DNA of 64,000 nt from Chrysomallon squamiferum (taxonomy: Eukaryota > Animalia > Mollusca). Where the stretch lies: assembly GCA_012295275.1 (NCBI GenBank), contig CM022665.1:47182001-47246000 (forward strand), read 5' to 3'. The translations under genes were made by a program, and so were the position numbers. A model generated the notes under the pieces. The model worked only from the letters and a program-made list of their open reading frames with translations, had not been told where the DNA came from and did not search any database. Positions 1 to 12,848 of the stretch are shown here, in pieces; within the stretch, counting starts at the first letter, position 1; each line of letters begins with the position of its first letter.

Positions 1-337
1 TTTATGGGTAGAAAATAGCCCGACCCCCACCAATTATATGATACGCCCACCATTTTTAATAATTACTCGCCGACTGTCATTCTAGACTGAGTATCAGTTC
101 CCGGGCTACAGCGGAACGTCTGACAGAAATGCCAGTCGTGCTTAGGTCTCTCCGCTGTGATTAGTCTATGAGATACTGATAGAGTTACAGTATACGTGAT
201 ACCTTTCATTAAAAAAAAAACATAATAAAAAAAATGTAAATCAACCACTACCCAGTAAAGTAACCCTAAAAACAACAACATCTACAGACACCCATAATTT
301 CAGTACAGTCGTCATGATCTCTGATAATAAAAGAATG

Positions 338-368
<31 letters not shown>

Positions 369-2033
369 ATTATTAGATTCAGTAATCTGAGTAAATTCAG
401 TAGTCTCGATAATAATAGAACTAATTATTGTTATTAGTCTCGCTAACTTCAGTGGCATCGCCAGTCTTGGTAATAGCTAACTTTATTTTGATCTTGGAGA
501 GATAGACCGGGGGAATTTTACTGGAAATGTTTTGTTTATTCATTCGTTTGTTTGTTTGTTTGTTTGTTTCATTCTTTCTTTTTTTGCTTGCTTGTTTGTT
601 TGTTTGTTTATTTATTTATTAGAGAAAATATAGAAAGTATCTGAGAGACTCTGACCTACAAATGCAGACATCTAGCAGGCAAATGTCAACTTTTGGACAA
701 GAAATTGCTACAAGTTAAAAATACAATTTAAAGAATTAGCAAGAATTTTTTTTTTCCTTTTTTGTATAACACCGTCATGATCAAAGAATAAATTATTGAT
801 CGTCATTGCTTTCTATTTATCCATGTTTTTTATATTAAAGAAATACTTTTATTAGACATCTTACGTAAAGAATACAAATAAAGAAAAGAAATAAATGTTC
901 CGTATACTTAGTAAAACAACAGAAAATGACGTTATTTAACTTTAAATAGGATCCATTGAGAACTAAGAACGTCTGTTTGAGCTACTGGGATCTCTACCTG
1001 AGCACTCGACGACGAAGAAGAAAAATTTGATAAAAGCGAAAAGAATCCGACCTTTAGTCTGTATTATTTAATTTCATGCTGGAAAAATTTCTCTTTTCAT
1101 GCTTCGTCTTACTGTCTTTCTTTCTTTTTCTATTTATTTATTTTTTTGAATTAGTCCACGAGTCTATGGCAAGTTTAGTTTGTTATAATCTGTCTTTTAC
1201 AAATTCATTTTATAAATAGCTCGTAATACATGATTTCCAGTTATCCTGAGGGTCTCGTGATCAAAACCGCGAGTTAGCCCTAAATGTTTATTTTCTCTAA
1301 TGACTTCTATTTCGTTTGCTGTGTGTATAATCAGTTTATAATGTTTTGCGATTTAAGCAAAGTTTTTAGTTACTGATAGTGCTGACCAGGGGCCTGAGGC
1401 AAATTGTGACATAAATCTGACAAAATAAATCTTTTATTTTTCTTCTCATTTTTCTTCTTCTTCTTCTTCTTCTTCTTCTTCTTCTTCTTCTTCTACTACA
1501 ACTACAGCTATTACTAGTTATTCTTCTTCTTCTACTACTACTACTACTACTATTACTACTACTACTACTACTACTACTAAAAACACATTTTAATGTTAAT
1601 AATTATAAGTCAAACAAGACGATACTTCCACACTGTGAACTACTCATATCAGTACAGACATTATTTTGACAGGACAACACATACCACAGTTTTTGGTGTG
1701 TTTTTGTTTTAATTTTACGACATACATTAGAGATTCAGCAATAAGCCTATAACGCGTCATTACATAATTCGTTTTCCAGCAGTTTAACGTTTAAAGAGAA
1801 AAAACTTTTTTTTAATTTTATTTTATTTTATTTTTCAAAAGAAAACAAATAAAAGCGCACAAATTTCCCTCTTTCTAAAAATAAATTTTCGGATCCGAAT
1901 TTTTATTTTTTATGTTTTTTTTTGTTAAATTAAATTAACTGGTGGTGTCACTACGTGAAACTGATATTTGCAAAACCGGTAGTCTAAGACGGACGTATAT
2001 TTTCATCATCACGTGGTAGATAAATCACTGAAC

Positions 2034-2064
<31 letters not shown>

Positions 2065-5013
2065 AGATTTAATAAACTCTCACAAAGCTCGTTAAGCTGA
2101 CCCAGATAACTTTTCTTTATTAAACACGTCAGTTCGTTAAAAGTCAGACTTCTTTTGTAGCGGAATCAAATTTCTTTTTTTTTCACCTCCATTTTTTTTT
2201 TTTTTTTTTTTTTTCTTTAAAGTGGCCCACTTTTTGAAAACCATTAAAAAAAAAAAAAAGAATAATAAAAAATTGTTATTCATCACTCAAGACGTAGCTT
2301 AAGAGGATGTATCAAGTATATTAAATTATATACTTCGGAAAAAAAAAAAAAAAAAAAATTAAAAATAGCGACCGGTAAGGGAAAAAAAAAAAAAAAAAAA
2401 TAAAATTACAGCACACACATCACAATCGAACGCCGTGCGCAAACATTTAAAAAGACCCGTGTGTTGAAGAACCCACTAATGAACTGTCGTAGCCGGTCAT
2501 GTAATGTCGGATTGGGTTGCTCGCGCAGAGGGGTACAAAAGATCCATTCTGACGGGTAAAGAGAAACGAGAAACGCCTCTTTTCGTCTTCGGAGAAGCAG
2601 TGAACAAGAAACGAGCCACACTTCAAAATGGGGGCTGTTCACGCGGACGTCGCTGTCCCCAGCGCGGTGGGCAGTCTCCATTTCCTACAGTCTCTTTCGA
2701 TACGGCGGTGTTTAATTTGATTGGGGTTACGGGGTCGAGCTACCAGGGGGCGTGGCTACGCTAAAGAAGACACGGTTACTCGATCTCGGGGGTTGGTGGT
2801 GGTGGTGTGTGTGTGGGGGTGGAGGACAAAGGATCTGGTTGGAAGTAAATTTGTGATAAATGTTTAGTACAACAGCGGTGTGACTGAGATGCGTGTGTTC
2901 ACCTCGTGACTCTAACAACTTACACAAACCTGTCCGGTCTTCACAGTGCTTAATGTTTTTATCTTCATTCAATTTCTTCTTTCTTTTTTTTTATTTACTT
3001 CTACCCTGATTTTCTTCTTTCTTTCCTTCCTTCAGTCTTTTTCTTTTTCTTTTCATTCTTCCGTTCAGCTTTATTTTTCTTTTCTTTCTTTTATCTTTTT
3101 CTTTTCTTTCTTTCTTTTATCTTTTTCTTTTCATTCTTCTGTTCAGTTTTCTTTTTTCTTCTTCTTCTTTCTTTTTTCACGTTTCTTTTTTTCATCGTTT
3201 TCTTTTCTCTTTAACATTCAGCCTTCTTTTTTCTTTTTCCTTCCTTCTTTGTGAATTTTACACTTTCTTTTTCTTTAACAACTTCTTTTTCTTATTTTGT
3301 TATGTTATTATTTCACTTAAACAAAAGTTATCTAATAATAGTAAGAAGAAGAAGAAGGAGAAGATAAACAACAACAGCAGCAGCAGCAGCAAAAACAATA
3401 ACAGCAACAACAACAACATCAACAATAACAACAACAACAATAATAATACTTTCTAATATCCAGACGTGAAAATCAACAACAAGATACAAATATAAAATTG
3501 TGAATGATTACAAGGACGTAGATTAAACTAAAAATTAAATGTCCAGTAATACAACATCTCCAGAAAAAAAGTGTATTACAATACACAATACGCATCCATA
3601 TCGATATCGTAAAGTCAAGAAAATACAGCAATCTTTTACTGAACAATGAACAATACACTCATTATACATAATCCAAGCTAACCCACTGGTAGTATGGTTG
3701 ACCTATACTACTGTACACATCACAATACATAATAAATCTATATTACTGTATTCAATAAATATATGTTAAAATACACGTTAAATTTATATGACAATAGACA
3801 ATAAATACATAGGCCTATATCATAATATATAAGAAATATGTATTGCAGTACAGAATAAGTATGTATTGCTATATAAAATAAACGTATATTACTCTATGCA
3901 ATAAATATATATTGCAGTACATTGTAATTATATACTACAATACTCAACAACTATTTATTACAGTACACAATACATGTGTAATACCATAAATATTTATTAC
4001 AGCAGACGGTTAATATATTTTGCAATACACAATAAATATTTACTATGACATAAAACTGTATATTACATTACATCATAAACACGCCTTGCGATACCTCATA
4101 AATATGTATTAGGTTACACAGTAAGTAAATAATACGGTAGATATGGTTTACAGTATTCAGTAAGAAACACAATAAGATCTGAATATATGTTACATCACAC
4201 AATGGGAGGTTTTGATGATTATGACGTAATATCTGTCGAGAAACATACGTCACAGTGACGCTATGAATGGTTGTCAGAAGGTAAAAAAACGCGTTCTGTC
4301 AGTCTCGTTATGACAACGTTGTGTGGGCAGCTTTGTGTAAACGAGCGACGTGTAGATTCTACTGTTACTGGAAGAGCCGTTATTTTTTATCCTCAGAATA
4401 GCTGACGGCGACACGCGTGTAAACAAAGGACTTGCCACGGTGACACTGTCATTAATTACCTCCCTTGAAACATGGTAGAAAACAAAGTGGCTGTTGTTTT
4501 TTCTTGCTTTTTTTTTTTTTTTTGTGTGTGTATATATATTTTTTTTCTCTCTCTAACACGTGTAACTGGCAGGTCCATTACTTACAGTATTATAGCACAA
4601 TGGCAGGCGAGGTTGTACACACACGAGACTATTCTCGTTGATTTATTGAAAGAGATCTTTATCTATGTTTAGAGAGAGACAGAGAGCGTCTTCGGCTTAA
4701 TAAGTTATTGTTGTTGTTCTGTTCAGTACACTCGCTGCAGATCGCTAAGTAAATAAATACACGCGGTTGATGTGTACCTAAGAAAAGTTGTGTTGCCTGT
4801 TGATACTGATTCTCAATGTGAGATACGTTAATTTTGTTTTAAACGAGTAAAAGCATAGCGAAGCGTTTCTGTCTGCGCCTCGTAACTTTTTTGTTTTTGT
4901 TTCTCTTCTCGTACGTGTCTCGTTAAGTCTCTGTCTCAGTCTGTTTCTTCTACGTCTTTTCTTTCAGTATCTCCAGTCAGTTCCTACCCGCTTTTATTCT
5001 TTACAAGCCATTC

Positions 5014-5118
<105 letters not shown>

Positions 5119-5361
5119 GAAAGACAAACCCATAATATTACATAGTTTTGTTTGTTTCTGTGTTTGTTGTTTTTTGGGTTTTTTTTAAACAGATGCGTGA
5201 AGTGACTTAGTTCACCAAATCGCGAAGCAGAATATATGGATTGCTTCTTTAAAACTAATTTTATTTAACTGCTTATAACACTGTTGATGGATCCTGTTAT
5301 TTTTCCTTTACATTCTTCTGTCAGAATTTCTATCATTCTATTTTCTTTTGTGTCATATGCA

Positions 5362-5440
<79 letters not shown>

Positions 5441-6120
5441 TTTTTTTTTTTCATTTCACAACATCTGTGTTTGTTTTCGGGTATCCAAAGATGTGTCTGT
5501 TATGTTCGAGGACGACAAACGTCACCTAAACCAGAAACTGAACGAGGATCATGTTCTGACAAACCGACTTCTCGCTTCTTCACACACACAGTGCTAATTT
5601 TTAAATACATGTTTTCCACGTTCTCGCGTGGTCCAGCTCGTGTTACCAGTTACCATCAGCAGTAAACTTGACACACAAAACAGAAGAAGATGCTACGTCG
5701 GGTGTCAGAACGACTCGGGACAAAACAACACGACGACGACAACAACAACAACAAAATGCTTTACCGCGGACAAAACAGTCAAAGAAATTCCACTGGCTTA
5801 AAAGTGGGTCAAAACGGCACGAGCCGCTATCCTGATTGGCGGAAATTACATACTGGTTTTTGTGGTCACTTTCTGTGAGTGGACTTGAAGATTAGAAAAA
5901 TACTTACCTGAGAGTTGTGTTTCATATTACTGGCGACATGGACTGTGGAATTTTTCTTTTTACAAAAAGTTGAAAATATTTACTACGAACCTGCGCGCCG
6001 TGCAAAACTTGACAACAAATTGTCTTTTAATTTGGGGTTCGTTTTACGTGGAGGTCGTATATCTGTACTTGACGTTTCCACGCGTTTGTGTTAAAACAGG
6101 TAGAATGAACGAAAGTAAAC

Positions 6121-6343
6121 ACATACATACATACACACAACATAGGTCACAGAATGAACGAAACATAAACATACATACATGCATGCATGCATACATACAT
6201 ACATACACATGCATGCATTCATACATACACACACACATACATACATACACACATAAATACATACATACATACATACACACACATACATACACACACACAC
6301 ACACACATACATACATACATACATACATACATACATACATACA

Positions 6344-6377
<34 letters not shown>

Positions 6378-6395
6378 CATACATACATACATATA
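6121..6395. repeat. (CATA)n/(CA)n microsatellite
   Basis: Directly visible. Confidence 0.95.
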
Positions 6396-6399
6396 TGGT

Positions 6400-6540
6400 T
6401 GTCTTGGTGGCAGAATGGTAATCGTCCGCCTTCGGAGTGCGGGTGAATGGGTGTCACACGTTCGAGTCTCGTCAGCGGCATCTGACGGGGTTTGTGAGGT
6501 CGTGAATGGACTTTGTCATCCTGCGCCAGTGCGTTCCCGA
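6400..6540 (+). mobile_element. Degenerate tRNA-derived SINE head or tRNA pseudogene
   Basis: Pol III A-box-like TGGCAGAATGG (6408-6418) and B-box-like GTTCGAGTC (6460-6468) at tRNA-like spacing. The T-stem does not pair, so this is not an intact tRNA. It follows a (CATA)n tract. Confidence 0.45.
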
Positions 6541-7891
6541 ATATTGTCTATATGCAGGGTCTATTCAGATGTACATAAGACAGAGAATATTCAAATCCTA
6601 TACATATATATATATATATATACGTACAATCATACACATCTGTAATATCCGAAGTTGATGATATCCAAAAATGAATATACGTCATCTAGAATTTTCGAGA
6701 AATGGAAGCTCCCGATTATTATAATATCCCGAACATTGGTCACGCTCGCAAAATGACGTTAGGTCGTGACGTAATGAGTACATACGAACCAACTGCGTAG
6801 GAGTGATACCAAATGACATTTTTTTTTCTAATCTTTAAATATGTTAAATAATTTATGTGCCCCTTATAGACGATGTAAAATATTTCAGACATCAATATAT
6901 TTTAATTTTTAAATAAATAATTTTACATTTATTATTATTATTAAAACCATCATCATCAAAACCATCATCATTGTTTTTATTTGATTATCGTTATTATTAT
7001 TAAACCATCATTATTATCATAATTATTTATTTTTCTTTAGGTCTCAGTCATAATTCAAAAACAACCAAGAAAGAAAACTGAAGCTGCATATTTTAAACTA
7101 GTGTCAGATGTTTGATATACTGGTTTTTCTAGTGTTAGTATACAAAATTTAATTTAAATCCAAAATACTCTAGCGAGAGTTGATCCAGCTACCTCACGCT
7201 CATCCGAGTACAAACCACTTACTGTGTTTATTTAATGAGCAACGTGAACGACAACAGCCTTTGTTCTGTCTCATTAAATATTCAGAGAAAAAGATAACGT
7301 AAAAAAAAAACCCCACCCCAAAGACAACCTGTTGCTTCATTATTTTCGTTTATATTTTTCATTTAAAGAAATAAAAAAATATAAAAAATAAAAAAATTAT
7401 ATTATCATGTATTTCATCTGCATTGAAATATCTGACGTTTTAATAAATGCAATATTTTTTTTTTTTTTTAAAATTTTTTAACGTCATCATTCAGTCTTTT
7501 GTTTTCGTAGTAATAGTGTCGGATTTACAAAAATACAAATATAGTAAAACACGAGTTGTTTCCCTTCGATTATTAACTAAATTCCGCTGCACTGGGGAAA
7601 CGACAGAAACGCGAAACTGAAATAACTCGTCAGATTTAGACACGAAACTGCGCGCGCTGCAGTTTAAGAACTGAGTGCAGACAAGAATCTCTCAGTCGAT
7701 TCATTCAGTTGTTGAATAGTCGCACTGTCTGTTAATCGGTCACGAAATGGATCCCTAAGGGACTAAAGCGTTTCGTAGTTTAGGGGTCGGCTTGTCTATT
7801 TTTAGCGCTGATGAAATTTAATGTTTGTAATCAAACGTTTCTTTGTTTCTTTATTGTTGTTCTTTGTTGTTGTTTTTGTTGTTGTTTAGTG

Positions 7892-7941
<50 letters not shown>

Positions 7942-8849
7942 TCTGGTTTGTTCCTTTATTTTCAATATTTCTTTTGATATTCTTTTGTGTGTGTGTTTTT
8001 TGTTTGTTTGTTTTTGTTATTGTTTTGTTTTTTTGCTCTTTTTTTGTTGTTTTTGTTTTATAAATTTTTTAAAACTACAAAGACAGCTACGACAACCACA
8101 ACAACAGCAACAACGATAATAGTAATATAAATAATAAAAATAAATATTTTAATTTCTGTACCGTTTAGTATGCCAGTAGTAAAAAAGAAGAATTTAAACT
8201 ATATACCTATATCTATAATCTTTATCTATATATGTATGTACGTACGTACGTACGTGTGTATGTGTGTATGTTTAAAACTACGACATCATCATCATTGAGT
8301 CATCATCGTCGCCTTCATCAACGTTGATCAGCATCGTTATTACTTGGTTGTTGCCGCAGTCACAACATCCACCCTAACATCGTCATTCCACCACTGTCAC
8401 CACCACCACATCATCAACATCAACATTTACCTTAATCACACAATCATTATCATCTACATGTACCTTTAATCGCCCCACCATCATCATCATTTCATCAGTG
8501 CTTTAAGTTATCGTCGTCGTATTCATTAAAACCCTGCCATTTATTAAAACTAACATTAAATGAAATTAGTCTTCACAGACATCAAAGAAACACTTTGACG
8601 CGAGGAGATAACGAAATCCTGTTATTTTAATTTTTTATTTTATTAAAAATCTTTTAATTTCAAACACAAACACAAACACAGCCTCAGCTTCAACAATGGC
8701 AGTGTATTAAAATTTCCAATACCCAGAATTCCTATAGATCGGTCAATTTCAGCCATCTGTCCGCTGTGTGTATGTTTATGTGTGGGGGTGGGGGGGGGGG
8801 GCGGTCGTTGTGGACAATAGCCCCGCGAGTCCAGTGGTCCCTCTGGCCA

Positions 8850-8950
8850 CGCCCCGCCCCCCCCCCACCACCAGCCGAATATCTCCACACAGCTCTTCCA
8901 ATCAGGGTGGGTGGATTTGTCGTTCTCGCGTGCTATAAAGAAAAAAAAAA

Positions 8951-8982
<32 letters not shown>

Positions 8983-9060
8983 TAGGCCAAACGGCGAAGC
9001 TATTAAAGCGCTGACAGATATTTAAATGAGGAGACTGTTGAAAGGCTTCCACTGTGTAAC
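8850..9060 (+). promoter_or_regulatory. Putative core/proximal promoter of ash
   Basis: GC box GCCCCGCCCC (8851-8860), CCAAT (8898-8902), TATAAAG (8934-8940) and TATTTAAA (9019-9026) lie upstream of a CpG-rich leader that has no ATG between about 9030 and 9363. Confidence 0.6.
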
Positions 9061-9362
9061 CGCGCGGCTGGCTCGCCTCTCTCTCACTCGCTCGCTCACT
9101 CGCTCACTCGCTCACACACAGCCACGCGTCTTCCCGAGTTAACGCCTCGCTGATTTCACTTCGGCCCCGCACGAAATCCTGTTTGCCCAGACAGTTCGCG
9201 CGCCCGGCACGAGCCACAAGTCACGAGACCTCCGCCTGTACTGCACCGCACGCCCCGGACCACGCACGAGACGACGACGATAACAACAACAACAACAACC
9301 TAACCAGTCCGTCTACGAACCGCAAACCAGCAACAACAGCAACAGCCACCACCACTACCACG

Positions 9363-10200
9363 ATGACAACGACAATCAAACCGCGTCTCCCGGTCAGCAA
9401 CATCTCCGTGTGCGACGGCAGCAACAACAAGCTCACCATAGTGACGGGACCGTGCATTCTGGTGAAAGCCACCACGGCGACGACGGTCGCTCAGCAAGTC
9501 CAGGCTCTGCGGCCGCTCAAACAGATCAAACCGAACGAGGAGCCGGAGTCGCTGAGGTGCAAGCGACGGATCGACTTCCAGCGACTCGGCTACACGCTGC
9601 CCAAGGCTCAGCCCGCCACGGTGCACCGGAGAAACGCCAGGGAGCGGAACAGGGTGAAGCTGGTGAACCTGGGGTTCGAGACGCTGAGGGAGCACGTGCC
9701 CAACGGCAAAGTCAACAAGAAGCTGAGCAAAGTGGAGACTCTGAGATCTGCCGTCGAGTACATCCGAGAGCTGCAGAACATCCTCAACGCGTGCGACCAC
9801 CACGAGCCGCAGTCGCCAGTCGACATGGACACCAGCAACAACAACAACAGCTTCGACAGCACGCCGATGACTTCGGACGTCGACTGCATCATCGGCAACA
9901 GTGGGTCACCGGGGACTACGTCCGACGCGTCCAGCTTGTCTTCTTCTTCTTCTTCTTCTTCTTCGGGGGAGCAGGAGCTGAACGTCAGCAACGTGATGAC
10001 GTCGTCGTGTTTTCCGGCGAGCGGTGAGCTGAGCGGTGAGCAGATGATGAGTTGTGACGCGTCGTCGCCGTGCAGCGACAGCTCCGACTCGTCGTACGAC
10101 TCGCTCAGCTCCATCGACGACTCAGACATTCTCAAGTTCTCCCGCTGGCTCACTCAGCTGTACTCCTCCGCCATGCAGGACTCCCTGCCAGACTTCACAG
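9363..10200 (+). CDS. ASCL1-like (ash): Achaete-scute homolog (ASCa/ASCL1-like proneural bHLH transcription factor), coding exon 1
   Basis: First in-frame ATG at 9363 (ACCACGATGA). Translation contains the ASCa pre-basic motif LRCKRRIDF and the b[55 protein letters not shown] (about 9621-9780). The C-terminal block [30 protein letters not shown] aligns with ASCL1 [30 protein letters not shown]. GC3-rich codon usage ends abruptly at the donor CAG|GTAACC (10200/10201). Confidence 0.96.
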
Positions 10201-10527
10201 GTAACCAGCTTTATCATTGTCGTAGTAGTAGTTGTAGTTGTCGATATTGTTGTCGTTGTCATCGTTCTTGTTGTTGTTATTATTATTATAGTTATTATCG
10301 TCATAATTATTGTTTTTATTGTTATGTTGCTGTTATTTTTGCTAATGCTGTGGTGGTAGTAGTTGTTGTTGTCGTCGTCGTTGTTACTGCTGTTGTTGTT
10401 ATTATCATAATGTTATTATTATAGTTATTATCGTCATAATTATTGTTGTTATTGTTATGCTGCCGTTGTTATTATTTTTGCTAATGCTGTTGTTGTAGTA
10501 GTTGTTGCTGTTGTGGTAGATGTATCA

Positions 10528-10569
<42 letters not shown>

Positions 10570-12478
10570 GAAGTAGTAGTTGTAATAGTAACAGTATCTG
10601 TAGACATAGCAATGACTTTTACAGTAACAACAGTTATAACAGATGTTAGCTATTTTTATTCGTTGTTATGGTAATAATAGCATTATTATTAATTTTACCT
10701 ATTTAAGTATTGTTATGATCAAAATCTGACATTTAAAAAATTTAAGTTTTTGGTATTTTAATTAATAAGTATATTACAATTCTTTAGATTTTTGTAATCT
10801 TTTAAATGATAACTGACTGAAATAGAAATTAAAGATATAAAGATAAACAACCTGACATAAAGACTTACAGAAACGGTAAGATTAACTTGCAGTTATTAAT
10901 GGAAGATCGCTAGTTCAAAAAAAAGTGGATTTCTGAGTAGAATACTTCTATTGCTTAGTAACCTTTGATATTTATTTCAAATACTGAAAACTGTTTCTCT
11001 ACATAAAATGATAAACTTGTGAGTTGAAAACATTTTGCTTTTATAATCACAGAAAGTTTTGTTAAAATGAATTAAGTTAAACGCTTTCACGCAGTATTCA
11101 TAAGCTCAAACTGCAGTGTTTGAAATTTGTGTTTCAAATATTGAACAGTTTTTCTATACATAAAATCTCTGTTTGTTGACAAATTTTGCGATCATAATCA
11201 CAAGTGTTAAAAAATCAATCTACTTAAAAATCTGTTATTGTGTATTCATATTGCTCAAACTGCAGTGTTTGAAATTTATTTTTTCAAATATTGAACAAAT
11301 ATTCTCTCTGCTGTTAGTTGACAAATTTTGCGATCATCATCACAAGTGTTAAAAAATCAATCTAGTTAAAAATCTGTTATTTTGTATTCATATTGCTCAA
11401 ACTGCAGCGTTTGAAATTTCTTTTTTCAAATATTGAACAAATATTCTCTCTGCTGTTTGTTGACAAATCTTTGCGATCATAATCACAAGTGTTAAACCGA
11501 ATCTGGTTAAGATCTGCTAGGCTGTATTCACACACTCAAACTGCGCTGTTTATTGATAACAGAGTCGTTCTTAAAGCGGTCCCCTGAAATCCTGTCCCGT
11601 CAAAAGACACAAGCTAAAACCGCGCTGGATGAACGCTCTTTATAGCTTGCCCGTTTCAATCGATTTAACTTCACAAAATTCACTTTATCTGCCCTTCGTG
11701 ATGGGCTTTTTCTTTTCTCAACTGAAGGCAAAGCAATTTATTTTAACAGGTATCAGGTTTATAGCGAGCGAGGTCTATATCTTACAGACGAAGCTAAAAA
11801 TATCTTTCTAGTGTCGGTCTTGATTGAAACGAGTGTAGATCGTTGATATTTAATAACATTTTCTTCTTAAAATCGTTTGTTTTATGTTTGGTATTAAAAA
11901 TATCTTTTTGGAGTAGGTTTTATTATTATTATTTTTTTTTTTTTTCTTGTAACAAGAGCTGATTGTTTGATTTTTAATAACGTTTTCTTTTTTTAATAGA
12001 AAAAAAAAAAATTTAAATAAATTAAAAAAAAAAAAAATTAACACTCTCTGTACAGGATATGGCTAATAAATTAAATGGCTGTCACTGTTATTGTTGTCAA
12101 GATACAAAATGAAACTTTTAATTTTTTTTTTAAATTTTTTTTTTTATTGTCTGCTCTTGTTGTTGTTGGGGTTGTTTTTGTAGTCATCGTCGTTTCTGTT
12201 AATATAGTCATCGTTGTAGCTGTCCTCGTTATTGTCGTCTGAGTTTCTTTTTGTCACAGTTGCTCTTGTTGCCGTCGTTGTTGATGTAACTGCTTTTATC
12301 ATCATCACTGATGCGGTTATTATCGTTCAGCCGATGTAGTGGTAGCTACACTTTCTTATAGTTGTTAATGTTGTCGGTAGTTATATTAATGTTGTTGGTG
12401 TCGTTGCTTTTGTTGTTGTTTATAATTTGTTACAAACTGTACTTAAATTTCTTTCTTTCTTTCTTTCTTCTTCTTCTT

Positions 12479-12509
<31 letters not shown>

Positions 12510-12795
12510 TGATTATTATTATTACAAAACCTGGTAAAATCTTGTATTTTAAAAACGCATGAAAACTCTCAATTTGCAGTTTTATTCTAATTGATTTGGT
12601 GACTGATTTAAAACGTTTAAAGCCGTCACAGCCTGAATCGCACAGAAAAAAAGAAAAAAAAGAATCTAAACGTTTTATCGGAGTCGTGTGATAGACGCTT
12701 TATTGAACAAACAACACTAAAAACATCCTCTTTTTACAAGTCACTCGTCCTTCAACCTTGCTTTGTGTACATACCTACCGAGTGCAGACGACACA

Positions 12796-12848
<53 letters not shown>

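Noticed and set aside
9083-9115. (CTCG/CTCA)n tetramer run resembling a parvoviral Rep-binding element
   Set aside because: It is a simple tetranucleotide repeat in the leader, with no viral ORF or ITR nearby.
9221-10153. Overlapping alternative-frame and antisense ORFs (9410-10027 +, 9300-9803 -, 9608-10153 -)
   Set aside because: These are shadow ORFs expected from GC3-rich coding sequence and have no recognisable domains.
10201-10424. ORF-track continuation of ash into a Cys/Tyr-rich and poly-Val hydrophobic tail that looks like a membrane anchor
   Set aside because: It starts exactly at a GT donor and consists of (GTT/ATT)n low complexity, partly duplicated at about 10413-10507. It is most simply intron sequence.
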